Sequence record: MZ475893.1 | Direction: 5' to 3' (one strand) | Length of the DNA stretch: 64,000 nucleotides | Part shown: in pieces, positions 17,913 to 27,228 of the stretch | Numbering within the stretch: the stretch's first letter is position 1 | Layout: each line of letters begins with the position of its first letter | The notes under the pieces: generated by a model | Database searches by the model: none | Told to the model about the DNA's origin: nothing | The model's input: only the letters and a program-made list of their open reading frames with translations | Translations under genes and position numbers: made by a program

Positions 17913-18977
17913 GTGACTGACATTAGAAGCAAAACAGCCTACGAATATCTGCACGACACCTATCTTGAAAACAATTTCTTTGTTGGCGTTCCTCGATCTA
18001 AACTCACAGCAAAGTTTCAAGAGTATTTGAAAACAACTAACGGTAGGCTGCATCGTCACGGTCTTCCTCTTGCTGACTTTATGACGTGGGCCAACATGCG
18101 TCCTGAGATCAAAAAGGGCGAACAGCAATTTGATGCCGTCATGAGACTGCACAAACTTTCTTTTGATGCAGCTGCGGTGTATACACAATTTGTATGGTCG
18201 TTTACCAAAGGTGTGTTCAAGATCGATCAAGAAATATGGAAGCATCTTGCAGAAGGTGAGCCACCCAAGATACTACCCTCTGATACGCTCAAGAGATTGC
18301 CTAACTGGTCCCAGTGGTTAGATACATCGCTGAGAATGGTGCGCCACGATAGCGCCAGTGACACGCTGTTTGCTTTGACCACTGAAGGCTTCTGGTCAAC
18401 TTATCTGTGCTATGATCATCAAAACAGAACGCACATGTTCCTCGTAGCGCCTACCGTTATGCAAATAGGCAAAGAGAGTTTCATCGCAACCACTCTGGTT
18501 ATGTTTGATATAACAAAAGACCATGAGATGGAAGACAACATGGATTGGCAAATCACCGCCACATCAACTGACGGTCAAACTTCCGTACGCTTTACGAAAG
18601 AGCATGAAACGTACGGCAAGATACTTGACGGTTTGGTTAGTGCTTGGATTGATTCTGCTGTCAATGCGTTGTTGTTCGTCGCTTCATCCGTTGATAACGT
18701 TTATAAAGGAGGTGTAAAGGGAATCGTCCCACGCAAACAAGGTAAGACGTTCAAAGTTCTACCGATACGTGACGTGCGTGTATGGCATGTAGGTTCCGAA
18801 TTGCTTAACGAGATACGCCAGTATGAATCTGATGTAGCCTCAGAGAGTTCTCAGAATCGCCGTGCTCACATTCGTCGTGGTCATTATCATAACTACTGGT
18901 ATGGCCCACGTGATGGTGAACGTGTACTAAAGGCCAAATGGCTTCCACCGTGTGTCGTTCGAGGCACCGCAGAGTAA
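17913..18977 (+). CDS. AcrVA2/FinQ-family protein
   Basis: W..T.G(V/I)(F/Y).(I/L)D.EI, P......LP.W....D, GFW..Y, (I/V)G..L..E(I/V)R.Y.S, R.HIRRGH.H.YW.G and W.P...V all match recalled AcrVA2 blocks. Confidence 0.75.
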   Translation: MTDIRSKTAYEYLHDTYLENNFFVGVPRSKLTAKFQEYLKTTNGRLHRHGLPLADFMTWANMRPEIKKGEQQFDAVMRLHKLSFDAAAVYTQFVWSFTKGVFKIDQEIWKHLAEGEPPKILPSDTLKRLPNWSQWLDTSLRMVRHDSASDTLFALTTEGFWSTYLCYDHQNRTHMFLVAPTVMQIGKESFIATTLVMFDITKDHEMEDNMDWQITATSTDGQTSVRFTKEHETYGKILDGLVSAWIDSAVNALLFVASSVDNVYKGGVKGIVPRKQGKTFKVLPIRDVRVWHVGSELLNEIRQYESDVASESSQNRRAHIRRGHYHNYWYGPRDGERVLKAKWLPPCVVRGTAE

Positions 18978-19026
18978 TCACAATCAACCGTATCTTCCAC
19001 AAAGGCGTTTAGCCTAGGAGAATCTT

Positions 19027-19785
19027 ATGTCACGAGTACAAACGTTGTTCATCCCTGAAGTTGAACGTTTTGAAGCGTATGTTAAGTCGTTGCTGCACAT
19101 GGCACGCACGCTAGATAACAGCGGTCGTCAATATGATCGCACGAAACATGTTGTCGTCGTTGGCTCAACAACTCGCACAGTCGAAGCCTACGTCAAAACA
19201 ACAATCGGCTCTAACACAGTTCCAGATGGCGTTTTCTGCCTCGGACTGAATCAGGCGCCTGACCTTTATAAGAAGTATGACTTCGGCTCTGCTCATGTTG
19301 TACTGATGTTCGATCTGATGTATACGTCGGAGAGCGCAATCCAATCACTGGCCCACAGACTGTTTGATATTATCCTGACGCTCAAGCAGCGACCAGAAGA
19401 CAGAGAACTGAAAAACCTTCCGATACATATCGTCGGCCAGAACTGGAAGGTGTGGGATGCTATGATGGAGTCAGGTGCAGCAAACGTAGCAAACTACGAA
19501 TGCTATTCTACGGGATTGCAGTTTGCCCCCAATCAAACTTTCGAAACAGCCTCATGCATTACGTTTGATCAGCTACTCACGCAGGACCCTAACACTTACG
19601 CCAAGCACGACATTTCGATTGGCCGAGAGTTCACCGTGATTGATCATGCTACGCTGATTCAAAAACTCCATAACATCAAATGGGTGTTGCAGTCAGGTCA
19701 GACACAACACAAACTCATCCTCGACCACGCGTTTCAGCGCATTTTGTTCGAGCAATATCTCTGCTATGAGTTTCAGGGTCTTTAA
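19027..19785 (+). CDS. hypothetical protein
   Basis: 252 aa, AGGAG RBS. Confidence 0.8.
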   Translation: MSRVQTLFIPEVERFEAYVKSLLHMARTLDNSGRQYDRTKHVVVVGSTTRTVEAYVKTTIGSNTVPDGVFCLGLNQAPDLYKKYDFGSAHVVLMFDLMYTSESAIQSLAHRLFDIILTLKQRPEDRELKNLPIHIVGQNWKVWDAMMESGAANVANYECYSTGLQFAPNQTFETASCITFDQLLTQDPNTYAKHDISIGREFTVIDHATLIQKLHNIKWVLQSGQTQHKLILDHAFQRILFEQYLCYEFQGL

Positions 19786-19859
19786 GAATAATCTTAGTCC
19801 GCTAACTAATTTAAAAACGTTGGCAAGTAGTGCTGACGTCTAGTTATCGGAGACATAAC

Positions 19860-20123
19860 GTGTACGAACGTAGCCTCGTGCGATTGAAGTACCACGCCAG
19901 AGCACACCTCTGGTATAATAATACAGAACACGCTTGCAGTGAGCGGAAGGCTACTAATGTGCAATGTGAACAATTCTTGGAAGCAACCAAGAACTGTCGC
20001 TCTGTGCAGGAGTCGCCTAGTGTTGTTTCTTTCTACTCAGGAGCCGAGCTTGTTGGTCAAGCAATATGGCAGCATGATGCAGACAGTGACAGCACACTTC
20101 AATTCCGGCTTCTACTTGCGTAA
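19860..20123 (+). CDS. hypothetical protein
   Basis: GTG start with GGAG RBS, 87 aa, followed by a hairpin at 20131-20160. Confidence 0.6.
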   Translation: MYERSLVRLKYHARAHLWYNNTEHACSERKATNVQCEQFLEATKNCRSVQESPSVVSFYSGAELVGQAIWQHDADSDSTLQFRLLLA

Positions 20124-20187
20124 CATCCTAAAGGGCTTTCAGATACCTCTGGCGGCCCTTTATCATTTCAATACACGGAGAAAGCCA

Positions 20188-20454
20188 ATGTCTGTTCAGA
20201 TTCAACTGTCCGAGAAAAACCTCGACGATATTATGCAGCACTCCACCAGCCGCATCAGCCTGTCAGAGTTGAATGCTCGTCTGGCGCAAGATGAAATCAT
20301 CATGCAGAACGTGCTGGTGGAACGCCCTGTAGGCGCTGGTGTGCCTATCACTGTCGTGCGTGATATTGTTGATCGCTATCTGGAGCTGATTCGCAATCCA
20401 GGTCCGATTGACGGTCAATGGCAGCCGCAAGAATACGCTATCGTGCAATACTGA
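20188..20454 (+). CDS. hypothetical protein
   Basis: GGAG RBS before ATG 20188; 88 aa. Confidence 0.75.
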   Translation: MSVQIQLSEKNLDDIMQHSTSRISLSELNARLAQDEIIMQNVLVERPVGAGVPITVVRDIVDRYLELIRNPGPIDGQWQPQEYAIVQY

Positions 20455-20528
20455 TCTCATGGGTGCCTTAGGGCGCCCATATTCGTTTATATGCTAATTT
20501 CTACCTACATTCAACTAGGAGAGACAGC

Positions 20529-21188
20529 ATGAAAATATTCGTTTCGCTGTCGGCCCCACAAAAACAAAAAGAACCGCCGATTGTAACTGAATCTGATCAA
20601 AAGAATCCTCGCGTAAACGATAACAGCAAACTCGGTCAAGTGTTTGATGTGTTCGTGCTCCAGCAAATGTCCTATCTCGATATGAAAGAGATTCGTGGCT
20701 CTGCTGGTCCAAAGTACGCGCAGGTTATTGCCGACTGGCTTAACAGCCAACGCAGTATCGACAATAAGTTCCGTGTGTCTAAGCGCAGTAAGATCTCTAT
20801 TGCTGTCAAGAACACTCAACAGCTTGCCGCTCGCTATACGGACATTTACCTGTTGAGTCCTGAGAGCAATAAAGAGCGTTCGTGGTTGCTTAAAGGCGAA
20901 GGCCCACAAGGCAACAACAAGACGATTGAGATTGGTCGTAATCTCTTATTAGACGTCCTATATGCTTCTGCTCTGACGTTGCTTGGTGCACACCTCGTAA
21001 CAGAAGAATGGCCAGGCAACAGCACGTATGATCAAGTGTTGTTTGAAATGGACAAGCGAAGCAAACGTGGTAAAAGGATTGGTAAGCGCTACCCACGCAT
21101 TGCCAAAGAAAATGAAAACACACTAATCACGATGATGCAGGACGGGTTGTCTATTGCAGAAATCACCGATTGGGTTCTGAAACAGTAA
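20529..21188 (+). CDS. hypothetical protein with N-terminal VSLS motif
   Basis: MKIFVSLSAP...; AGGAG RBS. Confidence 0.8.
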   Translation: MKIFVSLSAPQKQKEPPIVTESDQKNPRVNDNSKLGQVFDVFVLQQMSYLDMKEIRGSAGPKYAQVIADWLNSQRSIDNKFRVSKRSKISIAVKNTQQLAARYTDIYLLSPESNKERSWLLKGEGPQGNNKTIEIGRNLLLDVLYASALTLLGAHLVTEEWPGNSTYDQVLFEMDKRSKRGKRIGKRYPRIAKENENTLITMMQDGLSIAEITDWVLKQ

Positions 21189-21197
21189 GAGGAATCT

Positions 21198-22010
21198 ATG
21201 TCACTCGTAAAACTTCAAGGCGTCCCGTCCTTGTCCGCGCCTACCAAGGCCCAGAAAGATGCAGCTATCTATATGTTTGGCTCTAAAGGCCATTCTATCG
21301 TTGCTGTGTTGGATAAATTCAGTCGTGCCAAAGAAGTGCGTGCACCGCATCTCGATGGTCTATTGAAGCTGATGAAGGAAGGCGAAGATGATGAGATCAT
21401 CAAATTCGTTTCATCTGCTGCTGGTAAGAAAGCTCTGGCTAACGCGAAAGCATTCGCCGTTGCAAAGACACTGACCGCAAGCATCAAAGCGCTTAAACTG
21501 ATTCGCGTTCCGATGAAGTGGATCGACGGTCACTCGGATGTTGCTGCTGCACGCAACGAAGAAACCAAAGAGATTCGCGCACGCAAGACTGCTGGCAATC
21601 GTCCTGAGAAGCCTATCAAGCTCGATAACCCGCAAGCGCCTGCACCTGTTACTCCTAAGGCCAAGCCTGTTCACATCCCGTCTGGCAAGTCTGCTGATAC
21701 GCTGGTGGATGAGATGGGTGATATTCCTGCGCGTAAGATCTCAGGCAAGAGTATGCAACAGCGTGAGGAATATTTGAATGCTCTGGGCTTCGTTATCCAG
21801 CGCAATATTCCGCGTGCAAAAGTCAACGTCTCGGCTGACAGCGTTATGGTAACTAAAGGCTCCAAGATTTATACCATTGCACTGACGCCACAAGCGTGGA
21901 CGCTGCAAGAAGGTGTGACTAAGAAGCCTAAGCGCATCGGCACAACGTTCGACGTTGTTGCTATACTGTCTGCGATTGATCCTTCGTTCGCTCCGGTCCT
22001 GATGAAGTAA
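21198..22010 (+). CDS. basic hypothetical protein (possible head/internal protein)
   Basis: 270 aa, K/A/P-rich, PSLSAP near the N-terminus; GAGG RBS. Confidence 0.8.
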   Translation: MSLVKLQGVPSLSAPTKAQKDAAIYMFGSKGHSIVAVLDKFSRAKEVRAPHLDGLLKLMKEGEDDEIIKFVSSAAGKKALANAKAFAVAKTLTASIKALKLIRVPMKWIDGHSDVAAARNEETKEIRARKTAGNRPEKPIKLDNPQAPAPVTPKAKPVHIPSGKSADTLVDEMGDIPARKISGKSMQQREEYLNALGFVIQRNIPRAKVNVSADSVMVTKGSKIYTIALTPQAWTLQEGVTKKPKRIGTTFDVVAILSAIDPSFAPVLMK

Positions 22011-22014
22011 CAAC

Positions 22015-22043
22015 AAAAGGGTGGCCTAAGGGTCGCCCTTTTT
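22015..22043 (+). terminator. intrinsic terminator
   Basis: aaaagggtggcc-taag-ggtcgcccttttt. Confidence 0.8.
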
Positions 22044-22265
22044 CGATCTATTTGCGTGCCAATCGTAAATAACCTTTCCTCTGCGTTGCCTCTTCTACTC
22101 CTGCCTCGACGCCCACACGCTGCATACTCATTCCATTTGTCTCTACTAACTCTGGCTCTAACTCAAAACTTGCCTCAGTTTCCTGCTAACCTGATCGCTA
22201 ATTCCTATCTGCAAGCCAAGTTCTTGCATACGCAAATTTGCTATTAGGTTAAGAGGAATATTCCC

Positions 22266-24104
22266 ATGATTGAAGTAAACTGTTTCGCAGATTTACGCAC
22301 TACCGCTCCAGCAAAGGCTGGCGACATGGCGTTACTGAAACGTTACTATGACAAAGACAGTTCGTTTCGTGGGGGCGGCTACTTCATCGGCTTTCCGCAG
22401 ACAAAAGATCTGCCCGCAGATGATGGTGGCATCACGGCAGTAGATGCAAACAAAAGTTTCTTCTGGAAGCGTGTTGTGAATGACCCAGAAGAGATTAACC
22501 TGTTCCACTTTGGTGGTCGCTGCGACGGTAAGACAGATGACAGTGACGCGTTCCTGCGTAACTTCATGTGGACGTGCAAGTCTTCTGATGGCAACGACAC
22601 TATCGGTGTGCGCTTCCCAACAGGCACAACGTTGATCAACCCTATCGATCTTACTCACTTGGGTGAGATACCTGTGTTCGCTATCTATGGTGACACACGT
22701 TCTGATAAGGGCTGGCGTCCTCGTGTCAAGCTGATCAGTAACCAAGGCGAAGCTACTGTATTCAAGTTCAATGCACGCCGCACTATTGTTCGTGGCCTGA
22801 ACTGGAACGGTCAGTGCTATCCTGTGAAGGACGGCAAGAAGGTAGACGTGTCCACGATCGTGGGTGCTGTCATGCCTGAGCAGCGTTCGAACAATCAGAT
22901 CTTCCTTGAGAACATCTGTACGATGGGTCAGTACATTGGCATACAGTGCTTCCGTGCTGAGAGCAACGGCGGATCTGCATTGAAGTTCCAAGACACCATC
23001 GATACTTCTATCACAGAGATCTACGGCAGCAAGAGCTATGGTGCTGTGATTGAAGCCAAGTGGTCGAACACAGTGCAGGCCGGTTGGAACCACTCGACTG
23101 CTGTGCGCTTAGAGAACGGTAACTTCCAGTACGGCTACGGCCCTGCTGTGTTAGACATGCCGCGTATGACTCAGGCGTTCATGAAGAACGTCTGGATTGA
23201 GCACACGCGATTCCCAGGTAATATGAACGATGGTCAATGGGTGCTTGAAGGTAACTCGATTGAGAGTTCTGACAACCCACTCAATCTGGCTAACACTCGT
23301 TGTGTGATCAACGGCTACTACTTCCAAGGCGTTGGTACAATGAACTTGGAACGTGCGTCAAGCCCTGACAACTGGCTGAGTGGCTACGAGCGCGGCAACA
23401 TTCGTACTGAGACGTACGGTATCATCATGACCGATTCCTGCTTCCGCGCAGGATACTACACGGGCTATAAGATTACCAACAATACAGATCAGGACAAATG
23501 GTTCTATCTGGGCAGCTACTCATTCCCGAAAGTGAATCAAGTGTGGCGGATTGAACTGCTGGGTACTGCACCAAACGTTGTGCCTAACACGAAGCTGCAA
23601 CAGCCTACGCAGATGGACGGCATGGGTCGTCGTGTTATCACAATGCAACGCTGCATCTCACCGCAGAAGAAAGTGTATGCCGATATGCACATGGAAGGAA
23701 CGGACGCAATCGCCGATGTTGTGTACCAGCGCCTGTGGGAAGACTACGGCAAGGTGTGGGTTAAGCTGAAAGCCAACAGTGGCGATACTATCTTCAACCT
23801 GACCACCACTGGTCCAACTCGTTTCGAAGCAGGTGTTTGTACATTGTTCAGCGACGGTCCAATTGAATGCGTGGATCCCGTTCTGACCGAGATGACAACC
23901 AGTGTCGAAAAGAATCAGAAGGACTATGCGCGACCTCAGGCTCGTTTCAGTTTGCACAATGGCCTTGCAGGTGTAGGCGCAAACGAGCAGGGTCTCATCA
24001 CTATTCAAACCAAAGACGCTACAGCACCGAAAGATACCACTAAGCCTGCTGGCTATGTGAGTGTCAATATCAACGGTGTTGATCGTCTCTTGCCTTACTA
24101 CTAA
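22266..24104 (+). CDS. amsF: AmsF/WceF-like exopolysaccharide-modifying beta-helix protein (candidate depolymerase)
   Basis: N-terminus IEVN.FA.LRTTAP...G..A.LKRYYDKDS.FRGGG recalled from Erwinia AmsF; FG...DGKTDDS.AF beta-helix cap. Confidence 0.7.
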   Translation: MIEVNCFADLRTTAPAKAGDMALLKRYYDKDSSFRGGGYFIGFPQTKDLPADDGGITAVDANKSFFWKRVVNDPEEINLFHFGGRCDGKTDDSDAFLRNFMWTCKSSDGNDTIGVRFPTGTTLINPIDLTHLGEIPVFAIYGDTRSDKGWRPRVKLISNQGEATVFKFNARRTIVRGLNWNGQCYPVKDGKKVDVSTIVGAVMPEQRSNNQIFLENICTMGQYIGIQCFRAESNGGSALKFQDTIDTSITEIYGSKSYGAVIEAKWSNTVQAGWNHSTAVRLENGNFQYGYGPAVLDMPRMTQAFMKNVWIEHTRFPGNMNDGQWVLEGNSIESSDNPLNLANTRCVINGYYFQGVGTMNLERASSPDNWLSGYERGNIRTETYGIIMTDSCFRAGYYTGYKITNNTDQDKWFYLGSYSFPKVNQVWRIELLGTAPNVVPNTKLQQPTQMDGMGRRVITMQRCISPQKKVYADMHMEGTDAIADVVYQRLWEDYGKVWVKLKANSGDTIFNLTTTGPTRFEAGVCTLFSDGPIECVDPVLTEMTTSVEKNQKDYARPQARFSLHNGLAGVGANEQGLITIQTKDATAPKDTTKPAGYVSVNINGVDRLLPYY

Positions 24105-24109
24105 CAGAC

Positions 24110-24128
24110 GAGGGGCGCAATGCCCCTC
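24110..24128 (+). terminator. hairpin after amsF-like gene
   Basis: gaggggc-gcaat-gcccctc. Confidence 0.55.
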
Positions 24129-24189
24129 AACTAAGTCAAATCTCTGTACTCTCCCTAACTCAAATAAGATACGCCGCACAGCGTACTAA

Positions 24190-24243
24190 GCACTAATAAG
24201 GTCAAAATGACCATTCTCTGCTATATGCTGCCTATGCTATAAT
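24190..24243 (+). promoter_or_regulatory. early promoter (19-bp upstream box + TGn-TATAAT)
   Basis: GCACTAATAAGGTCAAAAT-N29-TATAAT. Confidence 0.75.
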
Positions 24244-24289
24244 AGTTGCGAGCGCATTGCTCAATACAATCATGCTGAGGAGCATAACA

Positions 24290-24631
24290 ATGAACGCATC
24301 TACTTTCGATTTCTCTATCATCTGCACCGAGAGCTTCAACATTAACGAGCTGAACAAAATCGCCGTTGAGCTGAACAAGCTGATCACCAACTCGCAGATC
24401 AAAATTGAAGCCGTAGAGATTGATGATGAAGGCGCCGAGTGTATTCTTCTGGCTGTCGGTCTTGATGAAGACGGCGAAGAGACTGGCGAGAACGGCTACT
24501 CCCTGCATCTGGACAACGGCGACTATCAGATCGTGTATCTCGGCGTGCCACATCCTGACTTCGATAAGCACGAACTTGCGACCAGCGACTTTGAGTTGTT
24601 CATCAAATCAGTGAACGGCCTTGAGTTCTAA
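24290..24631 (+). CDS. acidic hypothetical protein
   Basis: GAGGAG RBS before ATG 24290. Confidence 0.8.
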   Translation: MNASTFDFSIICTESFNINELNKIAVELNKLITNSQIKIEAVEIDDEGAECILLAVGLDEDGEETGENGYSLHLDNGDYQIVYLGVPHPDFDKHELATSDFELFIKSVNGLEF

Positions 24632-24684
24632 GCATTAATCTGGCAGAAATCGCCGTTGTGTTTAGACGCTCAACGGCATACTAT
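24632..24684 (+). promoter_or_regulatory. early promoter (19-bp box + TACTAT)
   Basis: GCATTAATCTGGCAGAAAT-N28-TACTAT, with TTGTGT at -35. Confidence 0.7.
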
Positions 24685-24733
24685 TATGTCTCTAGCGCAA
24701 TGACGCGCTACAACAACGAAAGAGAGAAACAAC

Positions 24734-24988
24734 ATGAGCGAAGACGTTAAAGTAACAATCGACTTAGTAGCTGACTTTGTATCACGCACCGAAGTTGTGT
24801 TTGAAGACGGTCAATCATCTAATGACTGGCTCGCGCCGTATGATCTGCGCCTGAACGTAACTGAGCCTCAAGGGCCGAACGGCTACCCCGAAGTTGAAAT
24901 CGTCGGCCAGCGCGATAACGTCTTGCGCTTCTTTGATGAGCAGATGCCTGACAGCGACATTACAGAAGACTCGCTTGAATCTGCATAA
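24734..24988 (+). CDS. hypothetical protein
   Basis: 84 aa acidic ORF behind a promoter. Confidence 0.8.
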   Translation: MSEDVKVTIDLVADFVSRTEVVFEDGQSSNDWLAPYDLRLNVTEPQGPNGYPEVEIVGQRDNVLRFFDEQMPDSDITEDSLESA

Positions 24989-25003
24989 GCAACAAACAAC
25001 ACT

Positions 25004-25025
25004 GTGGCGTTACGGCGCCACTTTT
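25004..25025 (+). terminator. intrinsic terminator
   Basis: gtggcgt-tacg-gcgccac-tttt. Confidence 0.75.
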
Positions 25026-25047
25026 CTATTTCTGATCTGAGGTCAAT

Positions 25048-25587
25048 ATGAAACAAAAATTCTTATTCTTGCGCATGAGCCGACACGAGCTGAATCAGCA
25101 TTTGTTTTTACTTCGTGGCATGAGCCGTGAGCGTCTTGAATCATTTACTGGCATTATCGCCGTTGTCAAAGACGATACGACGATGGCGAACATCGATGAT
25201 ACTGACCTGTATTATTTCAGCGAAGTAACAGCCGAAGAGACAACATCAGAGACGCAACAAACCTGGTGGAACCTGATTCATTACTACGACAATCAGATTG
25301 CTATCGGCTCACTCCCACGCATAGAGCCGCTGCTGCCTGACGATTTAGTTGAGCGCATCAAAACAACTCGCAGCAATCGCTTCTACTACGAGTTCGATAC
25401 GCAAATGCCAGAAGTGTTGGCCACTGTTGATCTTGACCTACACTTCTTGCCGTCTGCCGCTCAGCCTCGTGTGAAGAAGCCTAAAGAAGAACAGCCAGAA
25501 GTTAATCCCCTGGCCGCATACACAGTCGAACAACTGTGTGCCGAACTGCGTACTCGCCTGAGTGCAAAAATCACTATCGAATTTTAA
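25048..25587 (+). CDS. hypothetical protein
   Basis: 179 aa, GAGG RBS. Confidence 0.75.
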   Translation: MKQKFLFLRMSRHELNQHLFLLRGMSRERLESFTGIIAVVKDDTTMANIDDTDLYYFSEVTAEETTSETQQTWWNLIHYYDNQIAIGSLPRIEPLLPDDLVERIKTTRSNRFYYEFDTQMPEVLATVDLDLHFLPSAAQPRVKKPKEEQPEVNPLAAYTVEQLCAELRTRLSAKITIEF

Positions 25588-25604
25588 TCAACTAGCACAG
25601 GGAC

Positions 25605-26234
25605 GTGCCTCTAACTGAGATCAAAACTATGTTCACCAAAGCATTCTTCTTCAAAACTAACTACTCTGTATTGGCCGAAGGTGAGTTCGCGCTGCCTGTT
25701 GACTCACTGACCTCTCTCGTCAACTCGCGTATTTTCATCTGCATCACAGAAGACAACCTGCGCTTCGCACTGACCAACATCACTGTGCAGCCGATTCGCA
25801 ATGGCTTCTTGCGCGTTGGCTTCGAGCCGAAGACTGACGTGAATGCAATCACTACTCCAATCATCACGCCTAAAACGATGTGGAGCGAATATGATTTTGA
25901 TGCGTGCAGTGTTGAAAACATCCCGTCATTTAATATCAGTACGCATGAAGACAAGAACAACGAACAACTGATTGCACTGTCATATGACCTTCGTATGGCT
26001 CTCATGCATTATCGTGAAGGCATGTACTGCGTGACCGACATCGTTTTGCGCCTGCATGAGCATGGCATCTTTGTCGTAGATATTGATCAGAATCTCAAGG
26101 TTGCTCTCTCGCCTATCGCCGTGCTTAGCGAACGACCTACACATGCGGTCAGTCTGAGTAAAGACAACGGTGTGCTGTCTCGCATTGATGACTTCGAACT
26201 GCCTGATCTCGCCAAACTGATCGTCCTACTGTAA
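25605..26234 (+). CDS. hypothetical protein (start may be ATG 25629)
   Basis: About 200 aa ORF. Confidence 0.7.
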   Translation: MPLTEIKTMFTKAFFFKTNYSVLAEGEFALPVDSLTSLVNSRIFICITEDNLRFALTNITVQPIRNGFLRVGFEPKTDVNAITTPIITPKTMWSEYDFDACSVENIPSFNISTHEDKNNEQLIALSYDLRMALMHYREGMYCVTDIVLRLHEHGIFVVDIDQNLKVALSPIAVLSERPTHAVSLSKDNGVLSRIDDFELPDLAKLIVLL

Positions 26235-26286
26235 ACAAACAACTCTAGCCTCGCATCGTGCGGGGCTTTCTGCTTTGGAGAATACC

Positions 26287-26547
26287 ATGTATCAATATGA
26301 CCGCGATGAATTGAATGATCTGCCGCTTGACGTGCTGCATAGCGAAGCTGAAAAGCGTGGCTTGCTCGCTGACCTGGACGACGATGATGATTGTCCTGAC
26401 CGTGCAGTGCTGGTGGGCATGATCATTGATGATCAGAACGAGCGCAATGCCGAAGACGAAGAGGAAGAGCAGCGCCGTCAGATGCAAGATGACGCTGACG
26501 ATCACCGTCGCATGTTAGACGAACGCGACGGCTCAGACGACTGCTAA
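26287..26547 (+). CDS. acidic protein with Rho-N/SAP-like helix-extension-helix motif
   Basis: ELNDLPLDVLHSEAEKRGL...RAVLVGMI; GGAG RBS; preceded by CTGTAAAC at 26229. Confidence 0.75.
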   Translation: MYQYDRDELNDLPLDVLHSEAEKRGLLADLDDDDDCPDRAVLVGMIIDDQNERNAEDEEEEQRRQMQDDADDHRRMLDERDGSDDC

Positions 26548-26548
26548 C

Positions 26549-26887
26549 ATGCTATACTCTGGGCAGCAATACGATACACTCAGTCCTGACCAGTTGAATG
26601 AGTGTTTCAATCTGATTGAAAGTTGCATGGTGGCCTCTGGCTGCCGTGGCTTTCAGATAGTGTTATCACCATCTGGTCATGGCGATTGTCGTAGCGTCGT
26701 CCACATTCAGCACCCACAGTATGCAGGTCACATTGAGTTCCCCTCAGTTGACCGTGATACTTTTCGTGTAACACTCGTCGCAACACGCGGTTGCTATGAC
26801 AGCCGCACAGTGTTCGTACCAAATTCAGATACAGCCTATTCAGTGATAGGTCTGTATCTCTCAAACTTTATAGGGGCTACAAAATGA
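26549..26887 (+). CDS. hypothetical protein
   Basis: 112 aa operonic ORF. Confidence 0.7.
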   Translation: MLYSGQQYDTLSPDQLNECFNLIESCMVASGCRGFQIVLSPSGHGDCRSVVHIQHPQYAGHIEFPSVDRDTFRVTLVATRGCYDSRTVFVPNSDTAYSVIGLYLSNFIGATK

Positions 26888-27228
26888 AACGCCGCGTTAT
26901 TCGTATCGATCAGTCAGAGTTCAACGGTGAAGCGCTTGTCTTCCCACCATCATTCAACATCACCGGCATTGACGTTGTGGTGCTTGTGACCGTGAAGCAC
27001 GAAGATTTCGGTGGCTTGAAGTTTCAAGATACCTATCGTGTGAACGAACTACGTGTAAGCGAACATACAAATCCCCTGCGTCAGGAGATTGAGATCGTAG
27101 AGTACAGCAAACTGCCGAACGATGAAGCAATCTTCACACGACTACTCGACGTTGATTATTTCGACGACGACATTGCAGAGCGTGACCTGCGTCTGTACGA
27201 TGCACCGACCACAATCGTCACTGCGTAA
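26884..27228 (+). CDS. hypothetical protein
   Basis: 114 aa, ATGA-type overlap. Confidence 0.75.
   Translation: MKRRVIRIDQSEFNGEALVFPPSFNITGIDVVVLVTVKHEDFGGLKFQDTYRVNELRVSEHTNPLRQEIEIVEYSKLPNDEAIFTRLLDVDYFDDDIAERDLRLYDAPTTIVTA

Noticed and set aside
19786-20187. Possible ncRNA, or a long 19939..20454 ORF
   Set aside because: Better explained by a GTG-start gene (19860..20123) with RBS, a terminator-like hairpin, and a separate gene from 20188; the TATAAT at 19914 lies inside that CDS and lacks the 19-bp box.
22056-22247. 63-aa L/P/S-rich ORF
   Set aside because: No RBS; its composition simply mirrors the C/T skew of the tract.
22332-23093. 253-aa minus-strand ORF (and similar long antisense ORFs at 2839, 6957, 37018, 56104, 61872)
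   Set aside because: Antisense shadows of codon-biased plus-strand genes, with no RBS or recognisable motifs.
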